Shown here one piece after another: positions 38,241 to 46,997 of a stretch of 49,998 bases of DNA (position 1 is the first letter of the stretch; each line of letters begins with the position of its first letter). Made by a program: the position numbers and the translations under genes. The stretch comes from a virus (lineage: Duplodnaviria > Caudoviricetes), in the IMG/VR virus record IMGVR_UViG_3300032373_000017, positions 1-49,998 of that record; one strand, 5' to 3'. The notes beneath the pieces are model-generated. The model worked only from the letters and a program-made list of their open reading frames with translations. It had not been told where the DNA came from and did no database searches.

Positions 38241-38607
38241 CTAAAACCTCTCTTAAATTAAGCTTCTTATACCCTTCAGGTTTTAACACCTTACCATCTT
38301 CACGTTTAATAAGCTTTCCATTGGTACACTTACTCATGTTGTTAGCATGCAAGGCATCCCAACACTCTTTAGCCTTATCAGGGCCAATACAAACATTTAA
38401 GTATTGAGCTGTCACATACATTAGGTCTAGTGCCTCTTTAATAACACTAGCCTCACCACCTTGCTCTGTATCAAAGTAGAACCATTCTTGACTAAGCTCA
38501 ACACGCTCCTCGTCTATTAGCTTGTATGCTAGCTTTTCAGAGGCTAGCGTCCCCACCTCCACATCACCAGCCTGTAGAAATTTCATTTGATCGTGAAAAA
38601 GGCTCAT
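38233..38607 (-). CDS. MazG-like NTP pyrophosphohydrolase
   Basis: LIDEERVEL, KEALDLMYV, NNMSK, REDGKVLKP. Confidence 0.85.
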   Translation of the reverse strand: MSLFHDQMKFLQAGDVEVGTLASEKLAYKLIDEERVELSQEWFYFDTEQGGEASVIKEALDLMYVTAQYLNVCIGPDKAKECWDALHANNMSKCTNGKLIKREDGKVLKPEGYKKLNLREVLGE

Positions 38608-38741
38608 ATAAACTCCTCTATAATCCTGTTAACTAACTCAAAAGGTAGATCATAGTAGTCTGCTGTGCTCTGTACCGTAGCAGCCTCCTCGCACCAATAG
38701 TCATAGACAGCCTGCCTTTGCTCTTTTGTTAGTTCAGTCAT
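38604..38741 (-). CDS. Small HTH-like protein (45 aa)
   Basis: MTELTKEQRQAVYDYW...TADYYDLPFELVNRII; coupled on both sides. Confidence 0.55.
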   Translation of the reverse strand: MTELTKEQRQAVYDYWCEEAATVQSTADYYDLPFELVNRIIEEFI

Positions 38742-39393
38742 TGGTTAGTACCTCCCATGATTCTGGAAATAGTGAAGCGATAATCCTATCCCATTCTACA
38801 GCTAAGTCTTGTATTTCTTTCTGTGCATGGCTGTCAATTCTCTGCTTATAAGCACGAGCGAAAGCAGCCAAGCTGCCAGTGACGTAGTATTCTGTGTACA
38901 TAGATTGTGGTAACACCATACGTGCTTGTTCTGGTGCTACTCTTGCTTTAATCATATCGTCATAAAGATCTTTCATAGCTGCTATGGAGCTTTCGTAATG
39001 TTCCCTTACTGTGCCTAAATATTCCACCTCACCTATAACAGTTCCAGACAGATCATCATCCCCACTCCCCTGCTTAACACTTCCTTCAGGTCTGCTACGC
39101 CATACATCAGGTGTATAGAACTCTGGTTCATCATCTACATAACGTCTAGAGATCTCATTATATGTAAACCCCACCATATGCTTAAAGCGTTGTCTAGCAA
39201 CGAAGATTGGAACTTTCTCACGTAACGTTATTTGTGGGTGACTGAAAGGAGTCCAATGTTGATGTTTAGCAAGATAAGCTAATAACTTCTTGTCATCTTC
39301 TTCAAACTCCTCTCTATGCTTACCCATACTAACTCTAGCTGAATTTACAACTAATAAATCATCCCCACTGTGTGTTATGTATTCAGCTTTCAC
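38734..39393 (-). CDS. thyX: Flavin-dependent thymidylate synthase
   Basis: VNSARVS, HWTPF, RQRFKH...NEISRRY, PEQARMVLP, HAQKEI; GTG start 39393 after AAGGAG. Confidence 0.95.
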   Translation of the reverse strand: MKAEYITHSGDDLLVVNSARVSMGKHREEFEEDDKKLLAYLAKHQHWTPFSHPQITLREKVPIFVARQRFKHMVGFTYNEISRRYVDDEPEFYTPDVWRSRPEGSVKQGSGDDDLSGTVIGEVEYLGTVREHYESSIAAMKDLYDDMIKARVAPEQARMVLPQSMYTEYYVTGSLAAFARAYKQRIDSHAQKEIQDLAVEWDRIIASLFPESWEVLTND

Positions 39394-39538
39394 TCTCGTC
39401 TTCTCCTTCTTCTGTAGGTTCTGTAATAAGCTCTGGTATAGCTGCGCCAAGGCAATCATCGTGATAACACTTCTCTGTCATCTCCCCACCTTCACAGCAA
39501 ATGCGTCTAACACGGCTATGCCGTTCCATCTCCTGCAT
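39383..39538 (-). CDS. Small Cys-containing acidic protein
   Basis: Fills gap, overlaps thyX start; start codon uncertain. Confidence 0.4.
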   Translation of the reverse strand: MQEMERHSRVRRICCEGGEMTEKCYHDDCLGAAIPELITEPTEEGEDESES

Positions 39539-39668
39539 CTACAATACTCTCCAACATATCAATCATATCTATCACATCTTGCTCTAGGTCATCAGGATCT
39601 GAGCCATCTCTAATCTCCCTCAAAACTGCAAGGATTGAGAACACTTCACCTTTGGTTATCTCTAGCAT
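39516..39668 (-). CDS. Small acidic protein (50 aa)
   Basis: MLEITKGEVFSILAVL...; GAGGA RBS. Confidence 0.6.
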   Translation of the reverse strand: MLEITKGEVFSILAVLREIRDGSDPDDLEQDVIDMIDMLESIVDAGDGTA

Positions 39669-39669
39669 T

Positions 39670-40440
39670 TTAATTCCTCTGGCCATATTTCTTTCTCAAA
39701 TAAGTAAGGGAGATTGGCATCTCATCAAAACTTCCATCTTGTACATCATTAAGCATCCACACACCACTCCATGAACCGTTAGTTTGTGCATTCAAATAAG
39801 CTTCATCATGTTGATAGAATATTCCAGCAAAGATTCCAGTCATAGCTGTGCCATCAGCACGCTTAGCGAAAGCTATATCCCTATCTTGAATATGCCCTTG
39901 CACGCAAGACATATGCTTTTTATTGAGCATGAGGCGGGCGCTTGAGACTGGCCTCCCCATAATACCAGAAGTGAAGAAGTGTGCATAAGCCACACCATCA
40001 ATAACTATAGGGTCTAAGTAGTCATAAACTTCAAATCCATACTCTTCTAGCTTAAAGTCGTCATAACTAATCAAACCTTCTAGCTTCCTGTCAGCTTCTA
40101 TAGCACGCGCTATACGCTGCTCATGATTACCTAAGCAGAACACTAGTCGTGGCTTGTATCGTTTCTTCTTCTGCTCCTTCATCTTAGCATTGTATTCATT
40201 TATAGGGGTTAGGAAGGCTTCTATGGCCTCCCTACCAGCTGCTATATCATCAGTATACTTCCTACCCTCAAATCCTTTCTTACCTACATCATACACACTG
40301 AGGGAGGGCATGTCCCAATTATCCCCTATATGTACAATAACATCAGGTTGTTTGTCTACAGCATACTCTCCAGCCCATGTTAAATGTTCAAAAGAATTTC
40401 CGGGTTTAGCTTGTGTGTCTGGGATTATTAGATGCTTCAT
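39670..40440 (-). CDS. Calcineurin-like metallophosphoesterase
   Basis: IPDTQ, HIGDNWD, LGNHE, QGH motifs. Confidence 0.9.
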   Translation of the reverse strand: MKHLIIPDTQAKPGNSFEHLTWAGEYAVDKQPDVIVHIGDNWDMPSLSVYDVGKKGFEGRKYTDDIAAGREAIEAFLTPINEYNAKMKEQKKKRYKPRLVFCLGNHEQRIARAIEADRKLEGLISYDDFKLEEYGFEVYDYLDPIVIDGVAYAHFFTSGIMGRPVSSARLMLNKKHMSCVQGHIQDRDIAFAKRADGTAMTGIFAGIFYQHDEAYLNAQTNGSWSGVWMLNDVQDGSFDEMPISLTYLRKKYGQRN

Positions 40441-40922
40441 AAATTAGCCTCAAAAATCTCTAACCGTTTGCTTGCATTGCTGCCGTCCGGCAGCCCGTTC
40501 TTTTTTAGGGCTGCACGCTGCCCTTCAGCATTAAGCTTTTTAAACGCTGCAACAACAGGGTTTATACCACGTTCTTCCATTGTCTTAAGGTGGTGGCAAG
40601 GTTTACACAACACTTGTAATCCCTCTGGGCCACAGAATAACCTCTCTACAAATTGGGGTAGGTCACTATAGCTGCGTAACGAGCCAGCTGGTTCTATATG
40701 ATCGACAATGACAACTTTATTTGGCCAATGCTTTTTGCACTCAGCACATTTATATTCCCACTTCTGTCGTCCATTCTTATCTGCCTTACCTCTTTTCTTC
40801 TTGCGCTTAGCTTCTTGTATAACTTGATATTTAGGAGGATAGCGCCGAAACGCCGCTCTTAATGCAGAGCGTATAAACCCAAAATACCTTGAATCTGTCC
40901 AATTTTTAACTGGTGTAGTCAT
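40437..40922 (-). CDS. HNH endonuclease
   Basis: CAEC...VDHIEP...LQVLCKPCHHLKT. Confidence 0.85.
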   Translation of the reverse strand: MTTPVKNWTDSRYFGFIRSALRAAFRRYPPKYQVIQEAKRKKKRGKADKNGRQKWEYKCAECKKHWPNKVVIVDHIEPAGSLRSYSDLPQFVERLFCGPEGLQVLCKPCHHLKTMEERGINPVVAAFKKLNAEGQRAALKKNGLPDGSNASKRLEIFEANL

Positions 40923-40925
40923 AAT

Positions 40926-41747
40926 CTAAACCTCTTCGTAGATGTAATCTAGACTCCAGATTTCATTAGGTTTACGCCGCATATGCAGCATGATACCTTG
41001 TATTGTTAAATAATCAATAGTATAACCTCTCTCCAGATAAATAGATTTAACAAACTCCAACCAATCAGGGCGATATTCTGGTAACAGCGCAATTGCTGTT
41101 TTAGTTGCAACTCCTTTAAGCCCAGGTATCCCGTCTGTGTCGTCTCCAGACAACAGTTGTCGTGCAAAATTGAGTCTAGCTTGTTCTTCTGTGACATAAT
41201 ATAACCTCTGCTTTCCGTAATTCCAATGCCATCCAGCTGTGTTATCTAAGTCTTTATCTATTGTGCAGATGCACGTTGTGTTAGTGGCAGCTTGCGCTTG
41301 TTTGTAGCTGACACAATCATCAACTTCCTCACCATTAATGCGCTGAGCATTATACCTCCCTTCTAAATGCTTCTTCATTTGCTCTAGATGTGTTGGCTTA
41401 TCTAGTGGATCTCTCTCTCCTTTATATTCTGGGAAATAGTCATAACGGAAATTACCTTTGCCACCTATAAAAACTTCATAGCTTTTATGCGGGAGGACTA
41501 GGATTTTATTATCCATTATGCTACGTATATTACTTAAGCTGTGACGAACATCTCCTGCTGTCTTAGCTTTAATAATCTCTGCACCTAGAGGAGTTGCTAT
41601 TTCTTTAGCGTCTTTCTTATATTTTACGCTGTCAATAAGCTGTCCATCAAGTACAATATTATAAAATCTATCTTCATTAGCACACCCTGCCTTATAAAAG
41701 GCAGAATCTGCATCTATTAGAAGATGCAAATCCTGTGGTATATTCAT
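40926..41747 (-). CDS. 5'-3' exonuclease (T7 gp6-like)
   Basis: LIDAD, NFR...YKGER, EVDD, DKDL, GDDTDGIPG. Confidence 0.9.
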   Translation of the reverse strand: MNIPQDLHLLIDADSAFYKAGCANEDRFYNIVLDGQLIDSVKYKKDAKEIATPLGAEIIKAKTAGDVRHSLSNIRSIMDNKILVLPHKSYEVFIGGKGNFRYDYFPEYKGERDPLDKPTHLEQMKKHLEGRYNAQRINGEEVDDCVSYKQAQAATNTTCICTIDKDLDNTAGWHWNYGKQRLYYVTEEQARLNFARQLLSGDDTDGIPGLKGVATKTAIALLPEYRPDWLEFVKSIYLERGYTIDYLTIQGIMLHMRRKPNEIWSLDYIYEEV

Positions 41748-41968
41748 TAGTGTACACTAGCTAGCTTAGGTTTTGGTAAGGCTTCTGCTAAATTACTTTC
41801 CAACTCTTCTAAAAGATTGTAGGCCATAAACAAAGCAGAGCACATACTCTCAACCACTTGATATTCTATATTACGTATACCATATACAACATCCTTCTCC
41901 TCCCGTACATCTTCAGGGAGGATGATTATGTCATATTTAGCACTTGTGTATACAACATCCTTAGGCGT
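41747..41968 (-). CDS. Hypothetical 73-aa protein, apparently ACG start
   Basis: Open frame filling the SSB-exonuclease gap and ending in TAATG coupling; no ATG/GTG/TTG in its first half. Confidence 0.5.
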   Translation of the reverse strand, partial: TPKDVVYTSAKYDIIILPEDVREEKDVVYGIRNIEYQVVESMCSALFMAYNLLEELESNLAEALPKPKLASVH

Positions 41969-42479
41969 TAGCCGCAGGTGGTGGAATCAAATCTTCTGTA
42001 TTAACCCCTCTAGCTTCCATAACTTCATCAAGCTTAATGTAATAGCTTGCAGCCACTTCATCTACAAACGCCATAATAGCGTCAGCTTGATCAGCCTTCT
42101 TGGCTGGAATTGCTAGAGCCCCGGCTTGCAATAGAGCTGTTGTTAGCGCTAGGGCATCTTTTCTAGAGGATTGATATCGTATACTAATATCCTTTAAGTC
42201 CCAATCTGTCCCCTTAGCTACGTTATTGCCACTAGCACCAGCAGGTGCTGGAGTAGGGCTAGCCACAGGAGGTGTTCCGCTAGCCAAGGAAATATTTTTA
42301 ACGTTTTTATATTGACCTTTTTGTTCCACTTCATAATTAACAAAGTCCCCTTGCTTGCACGCCGGTGCATCAAAACCAGCTCCATACTTCTGACCATCAA
42401 TGGTTACATTATATAATATCCACGGGCCATTACGTCCAACACCTTGTTTTGCATTAATTTCTTGTACAACACCTTGCAT
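41961..42479 (-). CDS. Single-stranded DNA-binding protein (putative)
   Basis: OB-fold-like N-terminus, P/A linker, next to polymerase. Confidence 0.65.
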   Translation of the reverse strand: MQGVVQEINAKQGVGRNGPWILYNVTIDGQKYGAGFDAPACKQGDFVNYEVEQKGQYKNVKNISLASGTPPVASPTPAPAGASGNNVAKGTDWDLKDISIRYQSSRKDALALTTALLQAGALAIPAKKADQADAIMAFVDEVAASYYIKLDEVMEARGVNTEDLIPPPAANA

Positions 42480-42491
42480 ATATTATTCTCT

Positions 42492-44327
42492 CTAGTTATT
42501 GCTATATGGTGTGGGGAGGGTGTACACAACTTCTTCACCTCTACCCCAATTCTTTCCAATCTTAATACCGCAACCAAGCGGTACATTAAATTCTACATCA
42601 TAAACTGCCTTAAGATAATTATAGCATTGTTTTCCAAAAGCAGCAAGTATTATTTCATTTAATTCATCTTTTTCTTCAGGTTTAACCTCCGATATAGCTG
42701 AGTCATGTACAGTGTTTACAATAAAGCTTTTAAGCTGAGCTTGTTTCATCCCATGCCATTGATATGTTATGGCTATAGGTATGATGTCTGCTGTTGCAAA
42801 GCTTTGTATTTGGTAATTAAATATATTGGATTCTTCAGGAATCCACCCATCCTTCCCTCTTGGTGCTTTAATATTAGGGAAGAAAAACTCTAAGCCACTA
42901 GGCATCCTCATCTTCTTAGTGCGTATAGCTGTAGCTTTCCATCCTTCTTGTGTTGCTGTTAGTTGGTGATATTTCTGCTTAAATGCTTGGTAATAGGCTT
43001 GCTCAGCCTTAGTGCCAGAACGTCCGGCGAATAAGGGTTTAAATGTTGAAGCCTTCGCTGTCTGTCTATCAATCTCTTGTCCAGCTTTAGTTATAGCATC
43101 AGCTGTAAACTGATGTATATCTACACCATTCTCTATGTCATATAACGCTTGTGCGTCATTACCGAGGAATGTCGCGACACGAAATTCCAATTGCGCACCA
43201 TCAGCTTCCCATACCTCCCAACCTTCGTTACGCGCCGTGACACAAGGCTTGAATATTCTGGGCATGTTTTGGAATTGCACCCCATATTCCGTACCAGTCG
43301 AAGAAAGGCGATGCGTGACGGTGATTGCTTGGTTGAATTGCGCATATAATAAATCTCCGTTATCTACACATAATTTAAACTTTGTGAGAGTCTTGCTAAG
43401 CTGCGCCTCAATGATGGATCTTTTATCAAGAAGCCCTTGCAAGCTTTTCTGCTTCTTCGTGGTGGCTGTAAGTTTTCTAATCGTGCCAACGTCAGCCTTA
43501 GCTCTCCCACTAGGAGTTCTAATTGGTTCTTTCTGTCTGTTGAGGAGTTCTTTAAATCTGTATTCTTTTCCATATACTATCTCTGCCACCTGCATAGGTG
43601 AGTTCCAATTAATATCTGCTATAGCTTTAAGCTCTTTAGTGATGATAGCTTGTTCTGATACAGCCCTGAAGTGTTCCTTATTCACCTCATCTGCATCTAA
43701 CTTTAATCCATTAGTTTCAATGTCAGCTAACATAGGGGTTGCTATGCAACGTGTTAATATAGTTCCAAGCTTACCTTCGTCTATAGCCCTCTGTAGCTGC
43801 CGTCTAAACACCATCTCTGTAGTGTATACATCATACTTACAACGCTTGTCTACGAAGCTTACAGGTAGCTCTGACGGGCATACACCACTCTTTATGCATA
43901 AATCTACGTAAGGTTCTTTACCAACTAAGCCATAACGCATAGCTGTTGGGCCTAAGCCAATCTGTACAGACGGATGTCTATTTCCATAGAACACATGCTC
44001 TGCAATCATTGTATCCCACACTAAAACTTTTGATAGATCTAGGCCATATTTAGCTAGCCAGCGTAAATCAAATTTAATATTATGCCCTACAATGAAATGA
44101 TTGTCTTGCTCTAAATGAGCAATAAGCTTGTCAAGCTTTCCCAAACCTCCATATATAGCATCAATTTGATTCCCACCAACATCATAACTGCAAGTAAGCA
44201 ACAACCTATTAGCGTCATTAGTAGAGTCACCATAGTTAATGTTAGTAGTTTCACAGTCGAGCGTAGTGTGACTGGCTGTTGTGTATATATCGGCTCTAGG
44301 TGTTTTAAGAAACTCATAAACGTCAAT
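42492..44327 (-). CDS. DNA polymerase family A with 3'-5' exonuclease; ATT start
   Basis: ExoI TLDCETT upstream of the track start, GHNIKFD, ADGAQLE (A), RQTAKASTF (B), VHDS (C). Confidence 0.93.
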   Translation of the reverse strand: MDVYEFLKTPRADIYTTASHTTLDCETTNINYGDSTNDANRLLLTCSYDVGGNQIDAIYGGLGKLDKLIAHLEQDNHFIVGHNIKFDLRWLAKYGLDLSKVLVWDTMIAEHVFYGNRHPSVQIGLGPTAMRYGLVGKEPYVDLCIKSGVCPSELPVSFVDKRCKYDVYTTEMVFRRQLQRAIDEGKLGTILTRCIATPMLADIETNGLKLDADEVNKEHFRAVSEQAIITKELKAIADINWNSPMQVAEIVYGKEYRFKELLNRQKEPIRTPSGRAKADVGTIRKLTATTKKQKSLQGLLDKRSIIEAQLSKTLTKFKLCVDNGDLLYAQFNQAITVTHRLSSTGTEYGVQFQNMPRIFKPCVTARNEGWEVWEADGAQLEFRVATFLGNDAQALYDIENGVDIHQFTADAITKAGQEIDRQTAKASTFKPLFAGRSGTKAEQAYYQAFKQKYHQLTATQEGWKATAIRTKKMRMPSGLEFFFPNIKAPRGKDGWIPEESNIFNYQIQSFATADIIPIAITYQWHGMKQAQLKSFIVNTVHDSAISEVKPEEKDELNEIILAAFGKQCYNYLKAVYDVEFNVPLGCGIKIGKNWGRGEEVVYTLPTPYSNN

Positions 44328-44397
44328 TGCTATTCTCCTTCTCTTCTTTAGCCTTAGCTAATAGTTGTTTAAATTGTTCCACTGTTAATATTTTAAT
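44323..44397 (-). CDS. 24-aa ORF with ATT start, coupled to the polymerase
   Basis: AGGAGG-6nt-ATT AAA ATA...; its TGA overlaps the polymerase ATT. Confidence 0.45.
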   Translation of the reverse strand: MKILTVEQFKQLLAKAKEEKENSN

Positions 44398-44435
44398 ACG
44401 CTACCTCCTAAATTAAATCTCTTAAACGACAAATA

Positions 44436-44717
44436 TTAGTCATAATTATTAGATTCTTTCCAAAAGCCACGTAAATCCTCTTGCCCATGACTTATAGCAT
44501 AAGCAGCTAGCATATCCTCATAGGGTGAGGATTCTTCCATGAATAAGTCTTTAATCTCTTCTATTTGCTCTTCTGTCATATCCTCTCTCACTTGCATTAT
44601 TGATTTAGCATAGATAAGTCTAACACCTTCTGGACTGAGGTTAAGCTCCCGTGCTATCTCTGCAAAAGACATGGCTGGGCCACGTTCCACTACGTGCATT
44701 ACATCATCAAAGTTCAT
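44436..44717 (-). CDS. Sigma70 region 4-like HTH protein
   Basis: MSFAEIARELNLSPEGVRLIYAKSIMQVR. Confidence 0.75.
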   Translation of the reverse strand: MNFDDVMHVVERGPAMSFAEIARELNLSPEGVRLIYAKSIMQVREDMTEEQIEEIKDLFMEESSPYEDMLAAYAISHGQEDLRGFWKESNNYD

Positions 44718-44726
44718 ACTACCTCT

Positions 44727-45908
44727 CTAATCTTCCAATACAGAGCTTAGCGCCGTGTTAACTTTAACCGGAATAGCGGGATGACTCCCACCACGTTTAT
44801 TCTTTGTAAGACAAAGCATTCGTAAATCTTGCTGCTCATAGCTAGCATCCATACCAATACCAATCATTAAGTCCATCATACCTTGCACACCAACATTACT
44901 GAAGTACATGTCATTCTTTTGTAGAATATTATTTCCATAAGCACTATCTGATGCTTGGTGTATAATAACAGATACAAATTCAAAGCGTTTAGCTAATGCC
45001 CTAAGTCCAGCGGCTAGGATTTCATTCTTCTCCACTTTGTTAGAGCTACGACATTCCATGTTAGCCATCTGATCTATAAACACAATGTCTGGACTATAGC
45101 GTTCAATTAACACTCTAACCTCTCTAAGAGAGCCAGGTTGTAGGTCTTTAAACACTAGATTGTTATAGCCATTTTCCACTGCAATTGCTCTAGCAGTTTG
45201 TGGATCGTGCCTAATCTCCTCCTCTGTCATACCTGTTAAGCATGTGTATATACGCAACAGCATACTCTTAGCAGGATCTTCATTACCTCCGTATAGGACA
45301 GTGTGGCCATCCTTAAGAAAGCCGCACAGAGCATTTATAGCAATCATACTCTTACCAACTTCTGTTGGTGCATATATAGCAACTTGATTACCCGGAATCA
45401 ACCCACCCTTCAGCTGCTCATTTACACACAGAGGATGGAAGCGTATAAGATTATCTGGTGATAGGTCTTGTAAAAGGTTATCGAGGTCGTAGTTGATAAA
45501 AACAGTTGACTCCTGCTCTTCTTCAACAACTGCGATTCCCATGAGTTTCTCAATAAGGTCTTCATATTCGTCACCAGCTAACATAGCATCAGCTATGCGG
45601 TGCTCCAAACTCTCCTTCTTTAAGTCAATATATTCTGCTACAACATTAGGGACACTAACGCCTTCTAAATTATCTATAACAGAGTTTATAATACTACTAC
45701 TCTTTGGGTAGGTGCGAGTTATAATATCCTTAATGACATCTACGTCTATACAAGTAGCCTCATTATCAGTGTCATAAAACCCATCCACCTCTTGTACTAG
45801 TAGCCATCCATGCTCACTAAAGTCAGCCTCTTCTCTGACACTAGCTATGCTGTTATACGCCTCTCTGCTGGATAGCAGGGCAGAGAGTATACGCTGCTCT
45901 CTATTCAA
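44727..45908 (-). CDS. DnaB-like replicative helicase
   Basis: APTEVGKS, NED, FIDQ, IIHQA, KNK motifs. Confidence 0.9.
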   Translation of the reverse strand: MNREQRILSALLSSREAYNSIASVREEADFSEHGWLLVQEVDGFYDTDNEATCIDVDVIKDIITRTYPKSSSIINSVIDNLEGVSVPNVVAEYIDLKKESLEHRIADAMLAGDEYEDLIEKLMGIAVVEEEQESTVFINYDLDNLLQDLSPDNLIRFHPLCVNEQLKGGLIPGNQVAIYAPTEVGKSMIAINALCGFLKDGHTVLYGGNEDPAKSMLLRIYTCLTGMTEEEIRHDPQTARAIAVENGYNNLVFKDLQPGSLREVRVLIERYSPDIVFIDQMANMECRSSNKVEKNEILAAGLRALAKRFEFVSVIIHQASDSAYGNNILQKNDMYFSNVGVQGMMDLMIGIGMDASYEQQDLRMLCLTKNKRGGSHPAIPVKVNTALSSVLED

Positions 45909-46050
45909 GAACTAGTTCCTTCTTAAAATACTCTATTAATTCCTCAGCTATTTGCTTCTCTGGAGAATTCAGGCTACCTCCTTGTAGCAGATGTAATAAT
46001 ATAGCTACATCCTGCTCATTAAGAGCATAAGCTTTACAATTACCACTCAT
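45901..46050 (-). CDS. Small hypothetical protein (49 aa)
   Basis: MSGNCKAYALNEQDV...; GAGG RBS, coupled on both sides. Confidence 0.6.
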   Translation of the reverse strand: MSGNCKAYALNEQDVAILLHLLQGGSLNSPEKQIAEELIEYFKKELVLE

Positions 46051-46253
46051 TATAACACCTCTTTATCATTATCACAAGGGTTGAACCTAGTTTCAGCTAG
46101 CCAATAATGATAACAAGCTGTTCCATCCATCTTTACTGTAAAGGGTGGCGTAACAAAGTAGGCTTGTCTGAATTCACTAGGGGTTGCTGTAAATCTATAA
46201 CAAGTTGCTTTAATACCACACCCTTCGCCATTACACATAGTTATATCAGGCAT
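46050..46253 (-). CDS. Small Cys-rich phage protein
   Basis: MPDITMC.G.GC..K.TCYRF...RQAYF pattern. Confidence 0.75.
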   Translation of the reverse strand: MPDITMCNGEGCGIKATCYRFTATPSEFRQAYFVTPPFTVKMDGTACYHYWLAETRFNPCDNDKEVL

Positions 46254-46997
46254 CTAAACTCTCTCTCCGCCGTCAAGGCTCTCCGCAATTTCTTGTAATC
46301 GTTCCCAACTCTCATCTTTTAAATCCCTCTCTAGGGGTAACACCTGTAAATCCACCATCCACTTACGTGCTATCCTAATAGCTTGGCGTGTAGCATCATT
46401 GTCTAAGGCTATGATGAATTTGGTGATACCTTGTTTATTCATATAGGCAATCTTATCTTCATTCAAATGAACACCTAATAAAGCTACACAAGGATAGAAG
46501 GGATTCATTTTGTTAGCTGATGGAATATCCTCCACTAATAGTACAGTGTCAGATTGAATTGGTGCAGGGAAATGCAGCATACACCAATCCTTATCAACTT
46601 CATTTACATCCTTTGGGTAGGATTTAGATAGAGATTCCGTTCTCCTCCATACTATTCCTCGCTCTACTCCAGCGTTGTCGAACACTCTCCGAGCTTGGTA
46701 TCCCCTCAGAGACTGGCGTCGGGGCTGGGTTTGGTTCATAGCTGACATTTTGGGATTGGAGGCTATCCCTCCATTGTTCCATAGGGCTAGTGTATGGCTG
46801 AAAGAGTGCGTTAATACGCTCGCTCCTCTCTCTTGGCAACTCGCCCTGTGGCATAACCACCGTACGTCTCTCCCCTCCTTGGTTATTACTAGACTCCTCT
46901 CCTTGTTCCCTCCTCCTCCGCATACGGGACACACTTCTCTCACAGCCCCATTGTGAGAGGGTAAATTTAGGAGCAAATCTCGCAGCACTCTCTTCAT
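46254..46997 (-). CDS. DNA primase (zinc ribbon plus TOPRIM)
   Basis: CPVC...CHRASC; LVED, ALLG, ALDNDA. Confidence 0.88.
   Translation of the reverse strand: MKRVLRDLLLNLPSHNGAVREVCPVCGGGGNKERSLVITKEGRDVRWLCHRASCQERGASVLTHSFSHTLALWNNGGIASNPKMSAMNQTQPRRQSLRGYQARRVFDNAGVERGIVWRRTESLSKSYPKDVNEVDKDWCMLHFPAPIQSDTVLLVEDIPSANKMNPFYPCVALLGVHLNEDKIAYMNKQGITKFIIALDNDATRQAIRIARKWMVDLQVLPLERDLKDESWERLQEIAESLDGGERV

Noticed and set aside
43135-43911. 258-aa antisense ORF over the polymerase
   Set aside because: No RBS or recognisable domain; explained as a codon shadow
44111-44326. 71-aa TTG ORF as a real gene or frameshifted polymerase start
   Set aside because: The polymerase frame is open across it and holds the ExoI motif; an ATT start is simpler
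36311-44327. Inteins or introns in RNR and polymerase
   Set aside because: Both are compact with contiguous motifs and no splice signatures
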